Shown here one piece after another: positions 63,971 through 64,000 of a stretch of DNA of 64,000 nucleotides. The number at the start of each line of letters is the position of its first letter. The first letter of the stretch is position 1. The DNA is taken from the NCBI GenBank assembly GCA_038496445.1, contig JALMLS010000577.1, positions 930,001 to 994,000 on the forward strand, in the 5' to 3' direction. The notes below the pieces were generated by a model that saw only the letters and a program-made list of their open reading frames with translations, did no database searches and was not told where the DNA came from. A program made the translations under genes and the position numbers. Source of the stretch: Trichosphaerium sp. ATCC 40318. Taxonomy: Eukaryota; Protista; Tubulinea.

Positions 63971-64000
63971 GTTGTACTTGGATACTTCTGCGATTAATAA

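Noticed and set aside
1-64000. Alternative genetic code or prokaryotic origin suggested by fragmented ORFs
   Set aside because: Fragmentation is explained by introns, and TAA, TAG and TGA all terminate well-supported genes.
1-64000. tRNA, rRNA, snRNA, CRISPR array or intact transposase/reverse transcriptase
   Set aside because: No recognisable signatures by eye. A covariance-model scan was not possible, so small RNAs could have been missed.

Overview
AT-rich, gene-dense eukaryotic (protist-like, possibly amoebozoan) genomic DNA with many short spliceosomal introns (donors GTACGT/GTAAGT/GTATGT, plus a few GC-AG). The six-frame ORF track therefore shows exon fragments. Gene models were assembled by eye and their ends are approximate. 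In order: two inverted paralogous giant multi-C2 genes flanking HID1; a decayed gene relic; a small secreted basic protein; three tandem receptors that join a Pmp/pectin-lyase-like beta-helix ectodomain to a class C (7tm_3, GABA-B-like) GPCR module; a small ankyrin protein; a small membrane protein; Pcf11; a CRAL-TRIO protein; two F-box + MORN-variant genes of giant-virus-like architecture; a divergent p300/CBP-type (KAT11) HAT with a possible RAMA-like tail; an ankyrin protein; a 3-RRM CELF/ELAV-like protein; a Kv channel; an intronless orphan; an SDR; and a secreted protein. The best candidate for an undescribed system is the receptor array, with its variable ectodomain, near-constant 7TM and mosaic copies. 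Also notable are two isolated perfect hairpins (pre-miRNA-like) and a strong excess of CACGTG.
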